DNA from: a cyanobacterium endosymbiont of Epithemia turgida isolate EtSB Lake Yunoko
Lineage (GTDB): Bacteria; Cyanobacteriota; Cyanobacteriia; Cyanobacteriales; Microcystaceae
Direction of reading: 5' to 3'
Assembly: GCF_000829235.1 (NCBI RefSeq)
Contig: NZ_AP012549.1
Coordinates: forward strand, 1,230,001-1,262,000
Length of the DNA: 32,000 bases
The notes beneath the pieces are model-generated. The model was not told the origin of the DNA. It saw only the letters and a list, made by a program, of their open reading frames with translations, and searched no databases. Positions 17,653 through 28,034 of this stretch are shown here, in pieces. Position numbers and translations under genes: made by a program. Numbering within the stretch: the stretch's first letter is position 1; each line of letters opens with the position of its first letter.

Positions 17653-18090
17653 TTAATTTACCTTCTCACCTCCTATTAAGAGGTTTTCTGAATTATTATT
17701 AGACAATCCTGAAGAGGATGGATTTTTTTGTTTTTCTAATTCTTGTTTCATAGTTTTTAAGATAGTCGCAAGGTTTTCTTCTTCTGGGAATAATTGAACT
17801 AATTTTTCCATTGGGACAATAGCCCCTTCTAAGTCTTTGAGTTTTAATTTTGCTTCTATTAATCCCTGTAGGGCAGCAGCATTTTGGGGTTCACGTTTTA
17901 ATACCTGTTCATAGCCGTCTGCGATTGCTTGTAACTTTTCTTGTTGGGAACTGTTGGTGGTGGAGATTGCTAATGGATGCGGAGATTGATTGATTGAACG
18001 CGAGAGGGGAAGTATCATAACTCCTAGTAAAGCTAAACCTGAGAGAATAATAACAATTCTTTGCAAGGATTTTTGAGGATTATTGGACAT
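17653..18090 (-). CDS. hypothetical membrane-anchored TPR-like protein
   Basis: 145-aa ORF. It has one N-terminal hydrophobic helix (IVIILSGLALLGVMILPL), then a helical TPR-like segment (YEQVLKREPQNAAALQGLIEAKLKLKDLEGAI). Confidence 0.6.
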   Translation of the reverse strand: MSNNPQKSLQRIVIILSGLALLGVMILPLSRSINQSPHPLAISTTNSSQQEKLQAIADGYEQVLKREPQNAAALQGLIEAKLKLKDLEGAIVPMEKLVQLFPEEENLATILKTMKQELEKQKNPSSSGLSNNNSENLLIGGEKVN

Positions 18091-18199
18091 AATATTAAGG
18101 TTCTAGAGCAAATATTATTAGTTTAGTTAGTGAAATAAAGTCGATATAACACAGTATACAATGCCACATAAAGGTTTATTTCTCTTGCAAAAATATCCT

Positions 18200-18697
18200 C
18201 TAAGTATATCTATGAAAAACGGCTAACCCCAATCCAAAACTCCCTAGACAAACTATCATCAAAATAAACAAAACCTTCCATTGTGGATACCCTTTATCTT
18301 GTAGTTCCAACTTTCCTAGAGTAGCTGCACACAACAACAACAGTAGCTTGATAAAATACTCTAGCCAACAAACCATCAAGACAACGGCAAAAGTCCACCA
18401 GAGCACCGAAATCATAGCGCGATTATCGGATTTAAACCCACTTCCAAATACAATAGTAATCAACGCAACCGGTGCTGCCACCAAACTTGCAGTAATTGTT
18501 AGGACGAGAACCCCAGCTAAGATGTGCAACATCAAAAATACTGTGTCACTTTCGAGAAGCCATCCCCAAGTTTTCCCTTGTTGAATCAAGGAACAAGTCA
18601 AGGATGAGACAGAAAGGCCTACATTCCAGCCAAACAGACAATAGGTGCAAAAAACAACACTCAACGAAAGGAAAGAAGATTTAGTTGACCATGACAT
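18200..18697 (-). CDS. hypothetical integral membrane protein
   Basis: 165-aa ORF with four to five hydrophobic helices. It is co-directional with the TPR-like ORF, separated by a 109-bp gap. No family was recognised. Confidence 0.55.
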   Translation of the reverse strand: MSWSTKSSFLSLSVVFCTYCLFGWNVGLSVSSLTCSLIQQGKTWGWLLESDTVFLMLHILAGVLVLTITASLVAAPVALITIVFGSGFKSDNRAMISVLWWTFAVVLMVCWLEYFIKLLLLLCAATLGKLELQDKGYPQWKVLFILMIVCLGSFGLGLAVFHRYT

Positions 18698-19107
18698 CGT
18701 CGGATGATAAGCGAAACCTGCTAATTTTTATTAGAATTACGTTTTCTTTTAAGTTTTGGTTAAAGTATTTAAACAGTCTAATTCGCTTAGAGATAATCAT
18801 GGGACAAAACATGTTTTTGTAGGTTAAAAAGCCCATTCTGTACCGCGTAAAATGCTCATGGTTAGGAGTATTTCACGACATAATCTGAATTATATAATTG
18901 AAAAAGACATAGGACAACGGATTTCTGAAGTGGGATAAATATCTCAGGTTCATTCTACTTTAGTTAGAGATCGTCTGTAGGTTGAAAATAAAAAAAGACT
19001 TTGTTTTATTTAAGCAAACTTCTTGAGTTGAAAATCTGAAACAGTGATCTTTGAAAAGTCCACCTTTTGAAGTAAATAGGGTATATTAACAAAATAACAA
19101 GACAATA

Positions 19108-20022
19108 CTAGTTTAAGTGTGCCCTGCCTGCATGGTAAGAACTTCTAACTAAAGGGCCTGAACGGACGTGGTAGAATCCTAGAGACCGCCCTATTTTCTC
19201 TAATTCCTCAAATTCTTCAAGAGCCCAGTATTTCTGCACAGGAAGGTGGTCTAAAGACGGACGCATGTATTGTCCTAGAGTAAGGTTATCACATCCCACT
19301 TTTCTTAAATCTTTGAGGGTTTCGATAATTTCTGTTTCTGTTTCCCCATGCCCCAACATCAATCCGGATTTGGTCGGAATGGATTCATCAAGTTCTTTGA
19401 CCCACTTTAAAACACCTAGAGACCGCTCGTATTTAGCCCCTCTTCTCACGAGATTTTGCAGACGTCTAACGGTTTCAACATTGTGATTGTAACAGGCAGG
19501 CTTAGCAGCTACAATGGTAGCGACTCGTTCTCTTTGAGTAATTTCTCCTTCTCTTCCTCCCCAAAAGTCAGGGGTTAGTACTTCAATCTCAGTATGGGGG
19601 TTGCTCCGACGAATGGATTCCATAACCCTGACAAACCAGTGAGCACCTCCATCAGTTAAGTCATCCCGTGCTACAGAAGTTAAAACAACATAGAGTAATC
19701 CTAATAAATTGACCGATTCCGCTATTTTCTGCGGTTCTAAGGCATCTAATGCCATGGGAGAATGACCTTTATCAACTTGACAAAACCCACACGAACGGGT
19801 ACAGGTTGGACCCATTAACAGAAATGTCGCTGTTTTCTGCGCATAACATTCCCCTCGGTTTGGACAACGACCTTCTTCACATATTGTATAAATATTTCTT
19901 CGTTTGGTAATACGTTGAACAGCAGAAATCTCACTGGCTTTACCAATAGAGCGTCTGAGCCAAGGAGGAAGAGATATCAGGTTTGTTCGGTAGTGATTAT
20001 TAGTTGATGTACTTTTTTCCAT
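19108..20022 (-). CDS. lipA: lipoyl synthase
   Basis: 304-aa ORF. It has the auxiliary-cluster motif [12 protein letters not shown] and the radical-SAM motif CTRSCGFC. The C-terminus RSSYHA is typical of LipA. Confidence 0.95.
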   Translation of the reverse strand: MEKSTSTNNHYRTNLISLPPWLRRSIGKASEISAVQRITKRRNIYTICEEGRCPNRGECYAQKTATFLLMGPTCTRSCGFCQVDKGHSPMALDALEPQKIAESVNLLGLLYVVLTSVARDDLTDGGAHWFVRVMESIRRSNPHTEIEVLTPDFWGGREGEITQRERVATIVAAKPACYNHNVETVRRLQNLVRRGAKYERSLGVLKWVKELDESIPTKSGLMLGHGETETEIIETLKDLRKVGCDNLTLGQYMRPSLDHLPVQKYWALEEFEELEKIGRSLGFYHVRSGPLVRSSYHAGRAHLN

Positions 20023-20107
20023 AGTTAATATGGTATAGAAAATTACACTTTTCTAGTGATCTAAACTATAAGGAAAATATTTAACTTTTTTATCAAAGTC
20101 TGTTTTT

Positions 20108-20165
20108 AAAATTACCCCTTGTCTTAGTAAATCATGTTTGGTTAACTAAGACAAGGGGTAATTTT
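20108..20165. terminator. 21-bp perfect inverted repeat (AAAATTACCCCTTGTCTTAGT / ACTAAGACAAGGGGTAATTTT) with a 16-nt loop; possible bidirectional terminator
   Basis: Read directly from the sequence. The stem ends in A4/T4 runs in both orientations. It lies about 455 nt downstream of the REC-HK stop and about 85 nt upstream of the lipA start, both on the minus strand. Confidence 0.5.
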
Positions 20166-20620
20166 AACTTCTGATGCATTCCCCTTGACAAAAATAATAT
20201 ACTCTTCTAATCATAGCCGTGTAGTAAAAATTCTCAGAAACAAATATATTATTGGCAAAATTTACTTAATAGGAAGGAAAGATTTTTTCTTGAAGTGTGG
20301 CGGCTATGCTTAAATCACTATCCAATTGAATTCGAAGTTAATTTTTGTATTCAAGGAATAAAACAAATTGCTTAAAACTATTAATACTACCTGAATAAAC
20401 TGCACAAAATATCTCGGCTAAAAAATAGAAACTAGACCGATTTGCTGCCAAAATAGATGTTATTGAAGTAAAACCTGATGAAAGTACGCATAATATAAAA
20501 TCTATTAATGTTGACAGCCAAGAGGAATAATTTAACTAAAATACAGATGATAAGACTTGAGAATTAGACGTATATTAACTTAGGGTTTCTCAGTTAATTG
20601 GCTACTTAAAAGTGAAAAGT

Positions 20621-21823
20621 TCAACTAAATTGATTAACATCTTTTTTACTTTCAAAAACTGGCAAAGTAAACCAAAACTTGGCCCCAGCATTTGGATTAG
20701 TGATCACCCCAATTTTCCCCCCATGGGCTTCAATAATTTGACGACAAAGGTAGAGTCCTAAACCTAACCCTAATGTTTTTTTTGCCCGATCTCCTCGGTT
20801 ATATTTTTCAAATAAGTTTTCTGCTTGTTCTGAATTCATTCCTACTCCATCATCAGTTAAGGTACAGATCACCATTTTTTTATCTTGAGAAAATTTTTCG
20901 ATAACTTTTTGAGTATAAAAAGCTAATTTTTGAGAAGTTACAACTTCAGCATTTATGGTTAGTTTTAAACCTGGGGGATTATGTTTAAGAGCATTAGATA
21001 ACAAATTTTCAAACACCCGCCATAAGCGGTCACTATCTCCATTAACTACTGGCAATTCAGGAGAAATTAGGACAGCCAATATACCTTGATGTTCTTTCAG
21101 TATTGGTTGCCATTCTGCAGCTAATTTCTGACTTAATGAAAATAAATCTAAGGAGGTACAATTAAGATGAACTCCTCCCATTTCAAATTGTTGGGTCTCT
21201 ACTAAAGAATTAATTAAATTAAGTTGGCGATCACAACTAGCTACTATCTGTTCTAATACTTCATTAGACATTTCTATGGTTGGCTTATTTTCTTTTCTTC
21301 CTTTTTTAAGTAAGTTTTTTAAAACCATGGCCATCCCTAACACAGGATTACGTAAGTCGTGAGATACCGCGTGAAGGTAAACTCGTAAGGTTTGTTCCGT
21401 TTTTTTTCGTTCTTTTATTTCTTGTTGAAGTTGCTTTTTTTGCCGTTGTATAGTTAATTGATTTTCGACTCTAGCAATAACTTCCTCTTCTTGAAATGGC
21501 TTGCAAATATAGTCTACTCCTCCCACTTCAAAAGCTTTTACCTTATCTAAAATATCGTCAAGTGCACTAATGAAAATAACAGGAATCTCTTTGGTATTTT
21601 GATTATCTTTTAGGGTTTGACAAACTTCATAGCCATTGATTCCTGTCATATTAATATCTAACAAAATGACATCAGGGGGAACTTGAGATACAGTTTTTAA
21701 GGCCATCTGTCCATTAAGAGCCTTACGGACTTTATATCCCTGTTCTGATAACATGGCTGAGAGTAAACGCAGGTTGTCAAGAGTGTCATCAACGACAAGA
21801 AGATTGCCTTTTTCTGAGATCAT
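20621..21823 (-). CDS. response-regulator receiver / histidine kinase fusion protein
   Basis: 400-aa ORF. The N-terminal REC domain reads LLVVDDTLDNLRLL ... LLDINMTGINGYE ... ICKPF. A coiled-coil linker follows, then the H-box HAVSHDLRNP and HATPase motifs (LSNALKHN, DDGVGM, GLGLGLYLC). The start lies 6 bp after the upstream kinase stop. Confidence 0.9.
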   Translation of the reverse strand: MISEKGNLLVVDDTLDNLRLLSAMLSEQGYKVRKALNGQMALKTVSQVPPDVILLDINMTGINGYEVCQTLKDNQNTKEIPVIFISALDDILDKVKAFEVGGVDYICKPFQEEEVIARVENQLTIQRQKKQLQQEIKERKKTEQTLRVYLHAVSHDLRNPVLGMAMVLKNLLKKGRKENKPTIEMSNEVLEQIVASCDRQLNLINSLVETQQFEMGGVHLNCTSLDLFSLSQKLAAEWQPILKEHQGILAVLISPELPVVNGDSDRLWRVFENLLSNALKHNPPGLKLTINAEVVTSQKLAFYTQKVIEKFSQDKKMVICTLTDDGVGMNSEQAENLFEKYNRGDRAKKTLGLGLGLYLCRQIIEAHGGKIGVITNPNAGAKFWFTLPVFESKKDVNQFS

Positions 21824-21829
21824 AAGCTG

Positions 21830-24800
21830 CTAATCATCTAAATTATTATTAACTATTGCCTTATTTGTTAATTCAATAATCTGGCCAAAAAGAAAGTCAT
21901 TAGCCCAGTTTTTTAGAGTAACAGCTAAAAGCTCACCTGTTGGAGTAATTTGAGTAATTAAATCTAGTATGGCATCATCGCTGCACTCTATAGCAGCTTG
22001 GTAAATTTGACTGATCCATTCAGGAGACATCATAGATAATAGTTGCAATAAATCATCGGAGGTATCTTCTTTAACTTCAACATCTGTTTCCCCTGTTTGG
22101 TTATCTTCTTCTCTTATAGACTCGTAAATATAGCAAACACCAAGGTGATGAGCGATCTTATCCCATAAAACTTCTTCTCGAAAAGGTTTTCGCATAAAGT
22201 CATCACATCCAGCTGATAAGACAACATTACGTTCCTCTTCAAAGGCACTAGCAGTTAAAGCGATGATTACGGTAGCCTGCCCTTTGGTAGTAGTTTTGAT
22301 GCGTTGGGTAGCTTCGTAGCCATCGATAATAGGCATTCTCATGTCCATTAACACTAGATGGGGTTCCCACCTTTCCCAAATATCAATGGCTTCTTTTCCG
22401 TTGCTGGCTTGACGAACTTCAAACCCCATCGATGAGAGCAATTTAACTAACAGAATTCGACTTTCTAGGCGATCATCCACAGCTAGAATACGGTATCGGG
22501 GTTGGCCAGAAGCTAATCCAATGACTTTACAAATAGGGGTTTTCGTTTGAATAGCACTAGCCAATGCTATCTGTCCCTTAATTGTAAAAGTAAATAAACT
22601 GCCTTGTCCCAGCACGCTATTAACCTGAATATCACCTCCCATTAACTGCACAAACTTCTGACTAATGGGCAGTCCTAATCCTGTTCCCTCTTGAGCATTA
22701 CGTCCGGTTTCTGTCTGTCCAAAAGTGGCGAATAGTTGATCTATCTCTTCGGAGGCAATACCTAGTCCAGTATCTTCGACTTCAAAGGTAATCATAATTT
22801 CTTTTGATTCCCGATTCCCTTTCACCCGCAGGGTGACACCCCCTTCATCGGTAAATTTAATGGCATTGTCTAATAAATTGATTAAAACTTGCCGTAATTT
22901 CCTTTCATCGGTGGTTAGGTATTGGGGAACTTCTGGGGTATATTCAAAAATCAGTTGTAACCCTTTAGCTTCAGCTTGTAACCTTAGCATAGCTTCTATG
23001 TTAGAAAGCAAGCGATATAGGTCAAAACTATTCTGGTTTAAACTCGTGCGGCCTGCTTCAATTTTGGACATTTCTAGGATGTCGTTGAGCAACGTTAATA
23101 AATGCTCGCCACTGCGTGAGATGATCGACAAATTCTGCTGCTGTTCTTGACTTAAAGTGCGATCACGTTGCAATACCTGAGTGAACCCTAAAATAGCATT
23201 GAGAGGAGTCCGTAATTCATGACTCATACTAGCCAAAAATTCACTTTTAGCACGGTTGGCGGCATCTGCAGCTTCCTTAGCTTTTTTCAGTGCTATTTCC
23301 GCTTGTTTGCGTTGAGTGATATCTCGCACTATAGCGGTAAATACTTTACGTCCCTTAAGTTTAATTTTAGAAATTGAGACTTCGGCTAAAAATTCGCTTC
23401 CATCTTTACAACGACCAAAAACAGGGCTACGACCTCCCATTTGTCGAGCAATTTCAGAGGCTATACTGAAATCCTTAATATGTCGGTGGTGACTTTCACT
23501 AAACCTTTGGGGAATAAGTAGATCAAAGGGGCATCCCAACACTTCTGATGCTTGGTAGCCAAAAGTTTTCTCGGCAGCGTGATTAAACAGGGTAATACAC
23601 TGATTTTCATCAATAGAAATAATCGCCTCATTCGCATTATCTAAAATGCCAGCAAATCTAGCTTTAGATTCAGTTCGTTCTTCTTCTGCTTGAGATCTTG
23701 CTTGGGCAATAGCCAGGAATTCTCCCACTAGTTTTAAGACATTTACGTCTTCTTGAGTCCAATATTTGGTAATTTTTCCGTCAAACCCAAGATAACCTAA
23801 CGTTTGACCAGTAGCTACCATAGGAACTACTACTAGGGTGGGGCTAAGACTATTTTTAAACATCTCCCTTTCGTTGATCGCCTGTCGGGGTAGATCTTCT
23901 AGTGAGTTAACTCGAATAGGATGGCCTTTCAGGAGTTGGTCTGAAAACCAGGGAAAGTCTTGTAAAGTAATATTTTTAGACTGTTTTTTAGTAGAGGGAA
24001 TGTTTTGGTTAAACCATTCATGGGTCATATTCCAAAGGCATTGTTGAGGAGAATGACGTATGATGTAGCCTCGATCACCGTTGGTGAATTCTCCTAAAGC
24101 TGCTAGAGTAAATTCAACGGCAGGATTGAAGTCTTGATCAATTAATTGTCGAGCAATACTGCTAAGTAAACTATCACGTTGAGCTTGCTTTTTTAAGGTT
24201 TCTTCTCGTCGTTGGCGATCAGTGATATCCCTACTAATTCCAATTGATCCCATTAAGTTACCATCAGGGCAGCAAAAGGGGGTTTTCAAGGTGTCGAGAA
24301 GACGACGGCTCCCATCAGGATAAGTAATCCATTCTTCATTACGATGAGCTTGTTTTTGGTGAATCATAACACGATCTTGCTCCCGAAAAAATATGGCTTT
24401 TTCAGGACTAAAAAGATCAAAATCTGTTTTTCCAATAATATCTTTTCTGTCACGTCCGACAAAAGTTTCAAAGGCGTTATTACAGACTTTATAAACCCCT
24501 TGAGGATCTTTACAAAAGATAAAATCAGGAATGCAATCAATTAGAGAGCTTAATAGAATTTGCTCTTGTTTGTGATCGCTAATATCACTGTGTGTTCCTA
24601 CCATTCTAATCGGGTTTCCTTGTTGATCCCAAAGAGCTTGTCCTCGTGATAAAATCCACTTATAAGTTCCATCTTTACATTTGAGTCGAAATTCAACCGC
24701 ATAATGGCTGGTTTGTCTTTCCAAATGAGCTTGCACTGTGGACATTACCCTTTCTCTATCTTGAGGATGTAGCAACATTTTCCAGGTATCAAAATGGTTA

Positions 24801-25051
24801 GATAAATCTTCATTTTGATACCCTAACATTTCTTTCCAACGATGAGAAAAGAAAAGCTCATCGGTTTTGAGGTTCCAGTCCCAAATTCCCTCATTTGTTC
24901 CTTGCAATACTAATTGCCATCGTTGTTCACTTTCGCGCAATTCTTGTTGAATTCTTAAGGTAGCTATTTGGGCTGCTTGTAAGGTCGCAATTTCCCTTTG
25001 TAGTTTTTGGATAATTTGGATAGAGTTTAGTTTTTTGTTGGGAACTGGCAT
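21830..25051 (-). CDS. multi-sensor hybrid histidine kinase (coiled coil, PAS x3, GAF-like, HisKA, HATPase_c, REC, C-terminal extension)
   Basis: 1073-aa ORF. PAS-like blocks include WDWNLKTDELFFSHRWKEMLGY, IFCKDPQGVYKVCNNAFETFVG and ITLFNHAAEKTFGY. It has the H-box SHELRTPLNAILG, N/G boxes (LINLLDNAIKF, DTGLGI, GTGLGL) and a receiver (ILAVDDRLESRILL ... LMDMRMPIIDG ... MRKPF). An acidic/helical tail of about 110 aa follows. Confidence 0.93.
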   Translation of the reverse strand: MPVPNKKLNSIQIIQKLQREIATLQAAQIATLRIQQELRESEQRWQLVLQGTNEGIWDWNLKTDELFFSHRWKEMLGYQNEDLSNHFDTWKMLLHPQDRERVMSTVQAHLERQTSHYAVEFRLKCKDGTYKWILSRGQALWDQQGNPIRMVGTHSDISDHKQEQILLSSLIDCIPDFIFCKDPQGVYKVCNNAFETFVGRDRKDIIGKTDFDLFSPEKAIFFREQDRVMIHQKQAHRNEEWITYPDGSRRLLDTLKTPFCCPDGNLMGSIGISRDITDRQRREETLKKQAQRDSLLSSIARQLIDQDFNPAVEFTLAALGEFTNGDRGYIIRHSPQQCLWNMTHEWFNQNIPSTKKQSKNITLQDFPWFSDQLLKGHPIRVNSLEDLPRQAINEREMFKNSLSPTLVVVPMVATGQTLGYLGFDGKITKYWTQEDVNVLKLVGEFLAIAQARSQAEEERTESKARFAGILDNANEAIISIDENQCITLFNHAAEKTFGYQASEVLGCPFDLLIPQRFSESHHRHIKDFSIASEIARQMGGRSPVFGRCKDGSEFLAEVSISKIKLKGRKVFTAIVRDITQRKQAEIALKKAKEAADAANRAKSEFLASMSHELRTPLNAILGFTQVLQRDRTLSQEQQQNLSIISRSGEHLLTLLNDILEMSKIEAGRTSLNQNSFDLYRLLSNIEAMLRLQAEAKGLQLIFEYTPEVPQYLTTDERKLRQVLINLLDNAIKFTDEGGVTLRVKGNRESKEIMITFEVEDTGLGIASEEIDQLFATFGQTETGRNAQEGTGLGLPISQKFVQLMGGDIQVNSVLGQGSLFTFTIKGQIALASAIQTKTPICKVIGLASGQPRYRILAVDDRLESRILLVKLLSSMGFEVRQASNGKEAIDIWERWEPHLVLMDMRMPIIDGYEATQRIKTTTKGQATVIIALTASAFEEERNVVLSAGCDDFMRKPFREEVLWDKIAHHLGVCYIYESIREEDNQTGETDVEVKEDTSDDLLQLLSMMSPEWISQIYQAAIECSDDAILDLITQITPTGELLAVTLKNWANDFLFGQIIELTNKAIVNNNLDD

Positions 25052-25358
25052 AAGTATGAAGAAGGTTAACTGCCTTATGTCGAACTTAGGTTACGAAACT
25101 ATCTTGAATTAGGATCAAGCCCATTAGTCATATAATTCTATATCGAAAGTTTTTCGAACTACCTCAAAACATTAAAAATTATTTTTTAACTATCTTAGTC
25201 AACTATTTTCTAGCTTAGTTTAAGATAGTCAGTGTGAAAAACCTTTCTGGTTAAGAATAGATTGAACGCCTTGTTGAGAAATAGCAGCACGAATTTGTTT
25301 AGTGCACCTTATCTAGGCTAGTCGAACCTAATAGCCCTTAATTTTATACTGCAAAATG

Positions 25359-25967
25359 TTATGGATATTTTAATATCTTTTTTAAGAATAATCGTCGGGG
25401 AGTTTTTAATAACCAACTTTGCCAAGCCAACTCAATCCTTTGGATTTGATAACCATTATTAAGATAAAGTCGTTTGGCTGGGTAATTATCTTCTAAGACG
25501 TGCAAACTTAGAGAGCGATGTCCCCATTCTAAGGCAACTTGCTCACATTTCTGGAGTAAATGTTTAGCTACGCCCTGTTTTCGATAGGCATGGCTAACGG
25601 CTAAATTACTAATATACAAAGATTGAGAATAGAACCTAGAACCCAGAGTGATTTCTACTGTACCAATAACTGATTCTTGAGAATCATTGAACGTCTCACT
25701 AGGAACCATGGCTACTAAACAACAATAATAAGGAGAATGTGATCGAAACCTGGTGCGCAAATCTTCATGAATTTCCAACCTAAATAAAGGTTGTAGCCAG
25801 GAAAGCCATTGTTTAGGGCTATAAAAACTCCCGATCAGAACCTCGGTAAGCCCCTTAATATCACTCATTTGAGCCACTCGTACTATCACGGGGAGTCTTC
25901 CCAGGTCAATATTACTTGGCTTTTGGGAATAGGAGGAAACCTCGTTATAAAACTGACATAAATCCAC
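25359..25967 (-). CDS. GNAT family N-acetyltransferase
   Basis: 202-aa ORF. It has the acetyl-CoA binding motif A (VSHAYRKQGVAKHLLQKCEQVA) and a downstream LHVLEDNYPAKRLYLNNGY block. Confidence 0.8.
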   Translation of the reverse strand: MDLCQFYNEVSSYSQKPSNIDLGRLPVIVRVAQMSDIKGLTEVLIGSFYSPKQWLSWLQPLFRLEIHEDLRTRFRSHSPYYCCLVAMVPSETFNDSQESVIGTVEITLGSRFYSQSLYISNLAVSHAYRKQGVAKHLLQKCEQVALEWGHRSLSLHVLEDNYPAKRLYLNNGYQIQRIELAWQSWLLKTPRRLFLKKILKYP

Positions 25968-26246
25968 AAAAAATCCAATTTCAAGAGAAATAAGTATAAT
26001 TTTAGTTTTTATACGTCTATTCTGTTTGAAAACAGTTATTTTTTAGCTTTAACTCTCTTCGTTTCATTAAATAATACGCTGGTATTCTAGCATTTGCCCT
26101 TTGATAAAGAAGTGTGGGAATATACAGAACATGGCATTCTTTGTTTCATGTTATGTCACCTGTTTAAGAAAAACATCAAATTACTATTAGCTATTGACTT
26201 AGTAACCATCTTTAAATAAACTCTAAAAACGCAAATTATTTTTTTC

Positions 26247-26293
26247 TATCTATTAAAGAAATTAGAATTAAATTCTAATTTCTTTAATAGATA
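26247..26293. repeat. 47-bp perfect palindrome (23-bp arms around a single central base)
   Basis: TATCTATTAAAGAAATTAGAATT-A-AATTCTAATTTCTTTAATAGATA, verified base by base around centre 26270. Confidence 0.9.
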
Positions 26294-26388
26294 TTTTATT
26301 AGAGTAACTCTTTTTATTTAAAGTTTATTTAACTACCTTATTTAAGCAGATGCATCTTCAAAGATATTGATAGAAGTTGGACAAAATA

Positions 26389-26428
26389 TAAATTTAATAG
26401 ATTATTATTTAATAATCTATTAAATTTA
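26389..26428. repeat. 40-bp near-perfect palindrome (19-bp arms, 2-nt centre)
   Basis: TAAATTTAATAGATTATTA-TT-TAATAATCTATTAAATTTA, verified base by base. It lies 96 bp from the 47-bp palindrome and shares the AATAGAT/ATCTATT core. Confidence 0.9.
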
Positions 26429-28034
26429 GTTTCAACTAAACCACTTGTGTACATTGAGTAATGAGCAATGACAATTACTGTGTCTATCTACTTTTATTTA
26501 CAAGATCTATAGTTTCCTGAAGATATTTACCCTTGAAATCTAAATATTTTATCTACTTACTGGTATGATTTCTTATTTTTTTTAAAAAATTAATAATTTT
26601 TCTAAAAGTTAATTGTACTTTTTCATTTTATTTTTATTTAGTGAACAATCATTGGCTGTTACAAGATTATAAATTTGTTATTTTTGTTTTTTTGTGCTTA
26701 AAGATTTTTTTGCTTTAGGGGAAAATTATTAGGTTGTAATTAAATTACAATAATAAGCTTTTTTTAAAAAAATTAACTGATTTTTTATGTAGTTTAATAT
26801 TTAGTTTTATCTTAGATTTTTATCTTAAATATATTTATCTTTGTATACTCAAATAAGTATTAATTATTAATTTTTTTTTATATTTACATTAAATACCTAG
26901 TATTAAGATGAAGATAAATGAATAAAATTGTACTCTAATTACTTGAGTAATAGCTAGGATTGTCGTTATTATATTAATTGCTGCAATATCCTAATATATT
27001 ACTCTAATAATAGTAGCTTAATTAAATTGATGTGGTTCCTAAATAATATCATTGTTATGCATATATTGATAAATACTTATATTTAAAATGCTAATATTTT
27101 TATTTATCAAAGATTAACAATTTAAAAAATAAATAAATATAAATATCGTTTTAAATAAATCTTAAGATATGTTCTTCCTTTCAATAAATAATATTTAATA
27201 TCGATTGAGGTATATATTTTAAAAGTGTAGATTTTAAATATTAAACACCTAAAATAAAAAAAAGTTATTTTACTCAACCCTGATAAATAATTGTATATAG
27301 GATAAACTACATACAATTATTTATGATAACATATTTTGGGCTGTAATAACTTTAGCAACTACTAAAAAATATGTTTATAATTAAAGTATTTATCCACCAA
27401 AGTCTTTCCAGTATCCTGTTTTAGTTTATTGTCTATGATAGGATGCACAGAGATTAAAGATTTTCTTATCTACAATCTCACGGTCAATTTTAAAAACCCA
27501 ATACATAGTGAATAATATTGTAGATAGTTACTTCAAAACCTATTGGTAAGATCATAATATTTATTTAGACAATCAAGAGTATTGTTATCAATATTTTTTA
27601 AGTATTTTTAATACTTAATTAATTTTTACCTTCACTTCAGTAAATATATAAAAAAGCTATCCTTAAATCACCTTTATATATCATTTTATAACTTCCATTG
27701 AACTATAAAACTAAACCCTTATTAAAATAATAAAACCAGTTACAGTAATTTTGTAAATTTTAGAGTTATATTTCCATATTTTTAGATAAGTACGTTGTAT
27801 TTAAAACTCATGTAATTCCTATAAATTTTGTAGAAAATAATAAATTATTAGGTATTTTATAGAAAAATATTTTTCAGTAGGTTTTGCAAATTATCTATAA
27901 ATTTGATGATAACCTTCCTTTTATTTCTTATATAACTATTAATTCTCTAGATTTAATCAGACCAAGATTTCTATTAGGTATGGATAGATTGTCAAAGTCG
28001 ATCACCTCACTTGATTAGTACGTAATGGTAGAAT

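Noticed and set aside
18348-18684. ORFs 18348-18584 (+) and 18496-18684 (+)
   Set aside because: Both lie antisense within the membrane-protein ORF 18200-18697.
19265-19486. 73-aa + strand ORF
   Set aside because: It lies antisense inside lipA.
22833-24544. Three + strand ORFs (22833-23150, 23838-24047, 24344-24544)
   Set aside because: They lie entirely antisense within the well-supported 1073-aa hybrid kinase gene, and their products are low-complexity and not protein-like.
26790-26860. Three TTTATCTT words as possible DnaA boxes or an origin
   Set aside because: They do not match the DnaA box consensus (TTATCCACA or TTTTCCACA). No dnaA or dnaN gene is in the vicinity, and the words are compatible with AT-rich low complexity.
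27122-27316. 64-aa minus-strand ORF
   Set aside because: A Tyr/Ile/Lys/Phe low-complexity frame (FKIYTFKIYT) produced by AT-rich repeats. It is not credible as a protein.
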